Source: Planctomycetota bacterium
GTDB taxonomy: Bacteria > Planctomycetota > MHYJ01 > WSZJ01
Length of the DNA stretch: 64,000 bases
NCBI GenBank assembly: GCA_038060895.1
Contig: JBBTCT010000029.1
Location: forward strand, 37,160-101,159
Reading direction: 5' to 3'
Shown here: positions 58,198 to 64,000 of the stretch, one piece after another
Numbering within the stretch: position 1 is the first letter of the stretch
How the letters are laid out: every line of letters begins with the position of its first letter
Notes under the pieces: model-generated
Seen by the model: only the letters and a program-made list of their open reading frames with translations
What the model was told of the DNA's origin: nothing
Database searches by the model: none
Translations under genes and position numbers: made by a program

Positions 58198-59109
58198 ATG
58201 ACGGTAAGGACCTTGTCGCTTAGGTGGATCGAGAGGACCGGAGGCGGAGCGTTCGCTGACGTGTGGCGAGGCGCGAGCTTGAATGATGGGAAAGAGTACG
58301 CGGTGAAGTTCCTGCGCGAACCATGCACCCCGGTAACGCTTCGTCGATTCAGACGTGAGGGGGACGTCATGGTGAGGCTGACTCACCCGAACCTCGTTCG
58401 GTGTTTCGGAATATTCGAGTTTGTCGGACAGAACGGAGGTCGAGTTCCTGGACTGGTGATGGAGTATCAGCCCGGCAAGTCGCTTAGCGACAAACTGAAG
58501 ATCGGACGGCCCTCCACATCTCAAACAATCCGGTGGGCGAGGGAAGTGCTGCGGGGACTACAGGCGGCCCACGAGGCTGGGTTCATCCATCGAGATATCA
58601 ACCCCAACAACATCGTCTTGGACCGGCAGGGAACCGCGAAGATCGTTGATTTTGGCTTGGCGAAAATCCTGTCACTCGGGGGAGATGGCCTGACTATCGG
58701 TCCAGTCGGAACTCCCGGATACATCGCACCTGAACTGCTGGACGAGTCAAGGACCGCCGACGCACGATCGGACATCTACTCGGTCGGAGTCATGCTCTAT
58801 TTCATGCTGACCGGCAGACTGCTGCAGTTCGAAGGTGGACGCATCGTTCCTCCTTCGAGGTTTAATCACGCCATCAACAAGGATCTCGACAGGATCGTGC
58901 TCCAGATGATCGCGACTGAGCCAGGCGCAAGGACCCAATCGGCTGCGGCGGCGGACGCCGTGCTCCATCCACTCTTCACTCTGTACGACAAATGGGAACG
59001 CCAGCAGGCCCGGTTGGCGATGGAGTCCTTCAGGGAAGGGCTGGCCATGGTAGCGACCGTCGCGCTCTGCGTCGGACTCGTCGTTCTGTTTTCGAAAGAG
59101 GCTGCCTAG
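58198..59109 (+). CDS. Ser/Thr protein kinase with C-terminal TM anchor
   Basis: SD AGGAGG; GGGAFADVW, AVK, IHRDINPNN, DFGLAK, GTPGYIAPE. Confidence 0.9.
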   Translation: MTVRTLSLRWIERTGGGAFADVWRGASLNDGKEYAVKFLREPCTPVTLRRFRREGDVMVRLTHPNLVRCFGIFEFVGQNGGRVPGLVMEYQPGKSLSDKLKIGRPSTSQTIRWAREVLRGLQAAHEAGFIHRDINPNNIVLDRQGTAKIVDFGLAKILSLGGDGLTIGPVGTPGYIAPELLDESRTADARSDIYSVGVMLYFMLTGRLLQFEGGRIVPPSRFNHAINKDLDRIVLQMIATEPGARTQSAAAADAVLHPLFTLYDKWERQQARLAMESFREGLAMVATVALCVGLVVLFSKEAA

Positions 59110-59203
59110 GGTAGGTTAGCGAACTCGCTGTTACCCCAAGCCCAACGAGAATCGGCGCAGATTCAGGGGCGATCGGGGGAATCCCAGACTGGGCGGTCGC
59201 GCG

Positions 59204-60859
59204 TTACCGAGCCGGCACGTGCATGTTCTTGAAGACCATCTTTCGTTTGTAGCTCAGACTTTCGACGCCATCGAAGTATTTGTCTACCCAGGATCTGCCG
59301 TCCGGCCGCGGGCCTTCCTCGAGGAAGGGCTTGAACTTCGTGGGAGCCGTGTTCAACCACTCTCGGAAGTCGAAGTGGTCGAACAGCCGGATGAATTCGG
59401 TCAGGTAGATGTCCGCCTCGCGCAGGTATGCGGGCCCCTTGAGGACGAGCATGTTCTCGTCATTCTGGTTGGTCGAGGGCTTCGACAGATTCGCCGAGCC
59501 CACCACAATCTTGGGCGAGCGGCCCAAGGGGTCCACGATCAGAAGCTTGTTGTGGATGAAGTCGACTCCACCGTAGAACAGGGTGCCTGCCGACTTCTCC
59601 TTGAGCCACTGATCGATCGGGTTCTTGAGGTAGGCGCCGGCCGTCACGTCCAGATCCGAATCGTTGGGCGCGAAGTGGTTCGAGGATTTGTCCACGATCA
59701 CGTAGCGCGGGAAGTCTTTGGGGGTGTTGAACGCGTCCCGGAAGCGCTGATCGACGTTGAAGGGGAACATCCCGCATGCCATCTCCCGGGCGTCGTGAAC
59801 CAGATCTGCGTACGTGTCCAGCATGGTGAGAGAACTGCGGGGGCTGAAGAACGGGGTGATCGAGCCGTCGGCGAGATTGTCGGCCGACACGTCGGCCTGC
59901 AGCCGCATGACCTCGGTCGTTAGCGAGGCGCGTTCCGGGTCGGTCTTCAGTTTCTTCCAAAAGTCCAAGTAGCGACCGGCGGTCTCGCGATCCTTGAGAG
60001 CGTGCCCCGTGTTGCACTGACCAAAGATCCCCTTTTCCGAGATGTTCGTGGAGCCCGTCCACAACTCGACCGGAGTGCCGGACTTTGAGCACCGAATCAG
60101 AAACTTGTTGTGCGGGATCTTGGCCTTCGTCCTCCACATCTTTACGAGTTGAGCGATGCCGGCCTTGCGCACTGCAGCCTTGTTACTGTCACCGTACTGC
60201 TTGCCGTCCACGACCAACTCCACTGTGACGCTACGGTCGCGCGCGGCTTTGAGCAGGGCGAGCGTTCGCGGCTCGTGGAACTCGTAAAAGGCGCCGTAGA
60301 GGAACTCATCCTTCTTCGTGCGCTCGATGAACCCCTTGAGCCCCTCGAACAGGCCGCGGGAAAGCCACTCAAATGCGCGCTCACGGGTGGCCGCGTCCAT
60401 CTTGCTGATCTTGCCTTCGGGGAAGTGGTTGGAGTACGACTGACTGCCCGAGACACCACGGTTGAAGTAGACGCCCTGCTGGCCATTCCACTCCTGCTCG
60501 GCGGTCACCGAGATCTCGACGGGAGTGCCGTACTTCAGCTGACTGGGCCGGCCCTTGACTGGCGTGATCTTGAACGTGTACGACCTGCCGGGGACCAGCG
60601 TGAAGTCCTTCCACATGAAACTCTGGATGGGATGAAGCTGGGTGGGGTACCGCTGTCCCCTTACAGGTTTCGGGACGATCGAGCGGAAGCACTTCTGGCC
60701 TTCGAGCCAGATAATCCGACCGGTCGTTAGATCGCGACGTTCGATGGCCAAGCCGAGGAGGTTCTGCGGCTTGGCGTTGAAATCGAACGACAGAACTGCG
60801 GTGTGGGTCCCCGCGACGGCGAATACCTGAAGATCCTGGGCGGTGTTTCGGGCTCGCAT
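59204..60859 (-). CDS. Phospholipase D superfamily protein (two HxK motifs)
   Basis: PHNKFLI..WTGSTN and IHNKLLIVD..VVGSANLS..NDEN. Confidence 0.88.
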   Translation of the reverse strand: MRARNTAQDLQVFAVAGTHTAVLSFDFNAKPQNLLGLAIERRDLTTGRIIWLEGQKCFRSIVPKPVRGQRYPTQLHPIQSFMWKDFTLVPGRSYTFKITPVKGRPSQLKYGTPVEISVTAEQEWNGQQGVYFNRGVSGSQSYSNHFPEGKISKMDAATRERAFEWLSRGLFEGLKGFIERTKKDEFLYGAFYEFHEPRTLALLKAARDRSVTVELVVDGKQYGDSNKAAVRKAGIAQLVKMWRTKAKIPHNKFLIRCSKSGTPVELWTGSTNISEKGIFGQCNTGHALKDRETAGRYLDFWKKLKTDPERASLTTEVMRLQADVSADNLADGSITPFFSPRSSLTMLDTYADLVHDAREMACGMFPFNVDQRFRDAFNTPKDFPRYVIVDKSSNHFAPNDSDLDVTAGAYLKNPIDQWLKEKSAGTLFYGGVDFIHNKLLIVDPLGRSPKIVVGSANLSKPSTNQNDENMLVLKGPAYLREADIYLTEFIRLFDHFDFREWLNTAPTKFKPFLEEGPRPDGRSWVDKYFDGVESLSYKRKMVFKNMHVPAR

Positions 60860-61144
60860 TTGGCCTCTTTCACTGGTGGACCGCTGCGATTCGGCAGCGG
60901 CGGCCCCGTAAAGGGTACCTACCCGGTGGAGGCGGGACGATATCTCGAAAGGAGCCGGAGATCACGGACAGGTTGAGCGCTTTATCATCTCGTCGTTCGA
61001 TCAGTATCGCTTCCGCGCGATGAAGGTCCGGCACAACCCAGGCTGTTCCTCTAGGCAACGTCAGGTCAACCAGCGGCGAGAACGCTACTGACCTGGTCTG
61101 CGGCGCTCCGCGTGCTGTCCCGGGCCCCCGTCGCTTTCGGATGG

Positions 61145-61192
61145 GGAATCCTGACCAGGGGGAAGGGGCAGGGGGGGCGGGAGTGGTCAGGA
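61145..61192. repeat. Direct repeat of the island junction at 57271-57319
   Basis: First 20 nt GGAATCCTGACCAGGGGGAA identical; similarity extends over about 48 nt. Confidence 0.85.
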
Positions 61193-61410
61193 CACAGCAG
61201 CCGTGATTTGACCTCATCGGCGGGCTTTCGCGGCGCCTGTCTCTAAGTTCGACCTCTCCTTGCAGATCGCGACTGCGCCAGATTCTCTGGTCATCCCTCG
61301 GACCACAAAGTCTAGAGCGGGCCTAAGCTTGACTTGCCTCTCGATCCAGTCGTAGCATCCCCGCCCTTACCTTTCGGGAAAGTTCTCAACACTCTAATCG
61401 GGAGAGAATA

Positions 61411-61854
61411 ATGAGAATCACGCGTGGTGGAAGTTGGTTGTCTCTCGCGGCAGTTCTGGTGCTGTTCCTCGCCTCCAACCAGATCGCGCACGCAAAAGAT
61501 GCCGACGTTGACTTCAGCAAAGACCAGCCTAAAGAGGTCGAGAAGGGTGACACTGACTTCAAGCTCTCGGGCGACATCAAGATCCCTGGAGACTGCGGTG
61601 CGTGTTTCTTCAGCCTGCAGATCCTCCTCGTCCGCGATGGCAAGCTGATCGACTCCACCTCGGGACAGGCTTCCCAAGTCACAGACGGAGATCTGTGGGC
61701 GTTCGAACTGGGAAAGAATCCAATCTTCCAGAAGGCCCAGGTTGGAGACATCTTCGTCGTCACTATTACCCTCACGTGCATCAAAGACGGCGAGATCGTG
61801 TGCTCAGATACCGACAAGAAGAAGATCAAGGTTGTCGAACCTAAGAAGAAATAG
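61411..61854 (+). CDS. Secreted hypothetical protein
   Basis: SD GGAG, signal peptide AHA-K, CGAC plus two further Cys. Confidence 0.75.
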   Translation: MRITRGGSWLSLAAVLVLFLASNQIAHAKDADVDFSKDQPKEVEKGDTDFKLSGDIKIPGDCGACFFSLQILLVRDGKLIDSTSGQASQVTDGDLWAFELGKNPIFQKAQVGDIFVVTITLTCIKDGEIVCSDTDKKKIKVVEPKKK

Positions 61855-61902
61855 CTCTAGCGAACTCGGACGGGTTCCTGAGAGTAAACTCCCCACCTAA
61901 TC

Positions 61903-62697
61903 ATGCCCAATCCTTCCCGAAAAAACCTCGCAGGCTATAGCGCGATCGCATGCGCGGGTGCCCTGGCGGCTGCGTTCCTTTTCAGGACACGGCTGCCAGG
62001 GACTAGCGATCCGGAGCGCCTGGCCACAAGCGGAGCGGCAATTCGACGAGATTCGGGTAAAAGCGCAGGCCAGTCGAGTAGATCTCCCGACGCAGGCGAA
62101 ATACATGAACCTGACGACCTCAACCCAAACGATGCAGTGAGTCCGAGTTCGGCGGGCGTGGGAACCTCGGTTCCCGACGGACTCGAATCGTTTGACTCAG
62201 CACGCGTGACAATTCTCCCGCGAGTGAAAGACGCCGCGGAAAAAGAACGGGTTATTGCGCAGCTTGGCGACACGTCTAATACGAAGCGCGTCGAAGCGTT
62301 GAGGCGACTCGGTGCATACGTCGACGAGCATCCCACCGACATCGACGCTCTCCGATTCATTCAGTCTCTAGCGTCGCGCGATCCGGCTGACCAGATTCGT
62401 GCCGCAGCCTTGGACATCTTGATCGACCGCTCCGACTCGCGGAGTTTCGAGCTGGTCGTCGAATGTTGTTTCAACGATCATGCAGAGTCCGTCAGATTCA
62501 CCGCGGTTACGTGCCTCGGGTCAGTCGGGGACCCACACTACTGGATGCGCCTTGGGGGTTCCAGCAAACAGGATGTGCTCCCTCTGGTCCGCGAACGAGC
62601 CGACGCCGCGCGCGAAGCCCTCGAACGGGCAAAGCTCAATGCGGACGCAAGGCTGTCGGCTGAAATTGACGCGGCACTCGAGGCCCTCGGCGAGTAG
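61903..62697 (+). CDS. HEAT-repeat protein with N-terminal anchor
   Basis: RVEALRRL, DPADQIRAAALDIL, DHAESVRFTAVTCL. Confidence 0.75.
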   Translation: MPNPSRKNLAGYSAIACAGALAAAFLFRTRLPGTSDPERLATSGAAIRRDSGKSAGQSSRSPDAGEIHEPDDLNPNDAVSPSSAGVGTSVPDGLESFDSARVTILPRVKDAAEKERVIAQLGDTSNTKRVEALRRLGAYVDEHPTDIDALRFIQSLASRDPADQIRAAALDILIDRSDSRSFELVVECCFNDHAESVRFTAVTCLGSVGDPHYWMRLGGSSKQDVLPLVRERADAAREALERAKLNADARLSAEIDAALEALGE

Positions 62698-63354
62698 CCG
62701 CCAATTTGGTCATGCAGGATGAGGGAATCTCATCGAAGGTCGAGCCGAAGTGTTCCGCAACTAACACCCAGTGTGAGGCGTAAGCTACAAGCCTCAGCCG
62801 GAGATTGACGTTGGACGGAAGTCTGCCTCGCGCGATGGAAGTGTGACCACGCTCCCGGAGCCAGCGGGCCGTGCAAGCTGTGGTGTGTCAGGATTTCGCC
62901 GGCGCCGCACACGACGCGATGGACACGCTCGACCACCAGAGGACGACTTCGTCGCCTGGTGGGACTGAGAACAGCCCCGGGGCGGGCGAAATAACTCGCG
63001 GCCTCGCTGCTTTACGCTTGAATGGCGCTCACGGTTTCGGCATCCTCGCGCCAGACTTGGGGGTGGAGGGTGTAGGCTCGGACGCAGGTGTTTGGTGCGG
63101 CAGCGGGACGGGAGGGATCTCCGTGTTCAAAATCGTGGGCTCGGGGCGAAGCGTAGCCGACCAGGCAACTCCTTCATCGTACATGCAAGTGAACGACTTT
63201 ACGGCTCAGAGTTCCATGTCGCTCGCCTGCAGGTGCAGGCAGAATCGAGCAGCCGGATTGTGGCTTTTCCTGCGGTCAGGTGATTATCTCCGTTGACTCG
63301 AGTCCCCCTGAGGGGTATCGAACAACGATTCTTCATTTTACTAGGGAGGGTAGC

Positions 63355-63993
63355 GTGAAATCGGTCAAGCTGGCCGTCGGGTGCATCATCGCACTCGCGA
63401 GCTTCTCGGCGCAAGAGAGCGCATCAGCAGGTCAGATCGACTCGGCCGTCTGGGTTGCTGGGTCCTGCGACCAGGTTGCCCTGCAGAAGAATGGCGATCC
63501 GGTGGAGATTACCAGCATTCTGAGCGGCGGGAAGGTGGTCACGCGCTCGACCTTCTCGCCTCAGGACCTGCAACGGCCCGGCGATGTGTTCGTTGCGTAC
63601 GCCCTGAACTACATGGAGGACGAGTGGTACCAGCTCGGCCAGACGAGGTACTTCGAGCTGGAGGCGAATCATGTTTCCTTCGCACACCCGCAGGCTAGGT
63701 TTGCGCAACAGCAGCAGCTGCCCCTGACGATGGTGGCAACGCTGGACTTCGTCCAAGGGCTCTTCTTCCATCCCGATCTGAAGCCCGCTCAGTCGCTTCA
63801 CATTTGGATTGGGGTTCGCGGTCAGATGCAAGTCAACCCGCTGACCGGCGTGACCGGCGAGGACGATCATGGCGTGTATCAGGTTCTCGGACGCCAGCCG
63901 GACCGCATCATGCGACCCGACGAAGACAGTCTCCTTGGCGGCATTTGTTCATCTGGCGGCGCCATTAGCGGTCTGGCCGGGATAATCCCTTGA
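63355..63993 (+). CDS. Secreted hypothetical protein
   Basis: SD AGGGAGG before GTG 63355; signal-like N-terminus. Confidence 0.65.
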   Translation: MKSVKLAVGCIIALASFSAQESASAGQIDSAVWVAGSCDQVALQKNGDPVEITSILSGGKVVTRSTFSPQDLQRPGDVFVAYALNYMEDEWYQLGQTRYFELEANHVSFAHPQARFAQQQQLPLTMVATLDFVQGLFFHPDLKPAQSLHIWIGVRGQMQVNPLTGVTGEDDHGVYQVLGRQPDRIMRPDEDSLLGGICSSGGAISGLAGIIP

Positions 63994-64000
63994 CACTCTG

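Larger units (their letters stand above)
57271..64000. mobile_element. Genomic island (left end; continues beyond window)
   Basis: Starts at the tRNA 3' fragment; visibly lower GC and weaker codon bias; arm-like repeats; junction repeated at 61145. No integrase in window. Confidence 0.7.

Overview
GC-rich bacterial DNA, most likely Planctomycetota. This is inferred from many Hanks-type Ser/Thr kinases beside ECF sigma factors, GFTLIELL prepilin-like proteins and the kdsB-pyrG-DUF1844 gene order. Recognisable housekeeping content: metK, an LPS-core cluster (GT9 x2, GT2, GT4, two sugar kinases), kdsB, pyrG, a PilT-family ATPase and a hybrid histidine kinase. Highlights: (1) a secreted HMA-like protein at 27734-28294 read through two in-frame UGA codons exactly at the metal-binding Cys positions (GVS-U-KVS-U), a candidate double selenoprotein; (2) a ten-gene minus-strand operon (ECF sigma with an apparent ATC start, soluble zinc anti-sigma, PflX-like radical SAM, small protein, Ycf46-like AAA, membrane protein, DUF1257-like, DUF2997-like, Zn-ribbon/catalytically dead S26 peptidase, TPR); (3) a C39 peptidase lipoprotein coupled to a candidate Gly-Gly substrate; (4) at least six 'empty' inverted-repeat cassettes of five arm-sequence types, built from 6-10-nt tandem units; (5) a tRNA-Arg(CCT) 3' fragment with arm-like repeats, marking a genomic island from about 57.27 kb. 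All family assignments come from motif recognition by eye, not database searches.
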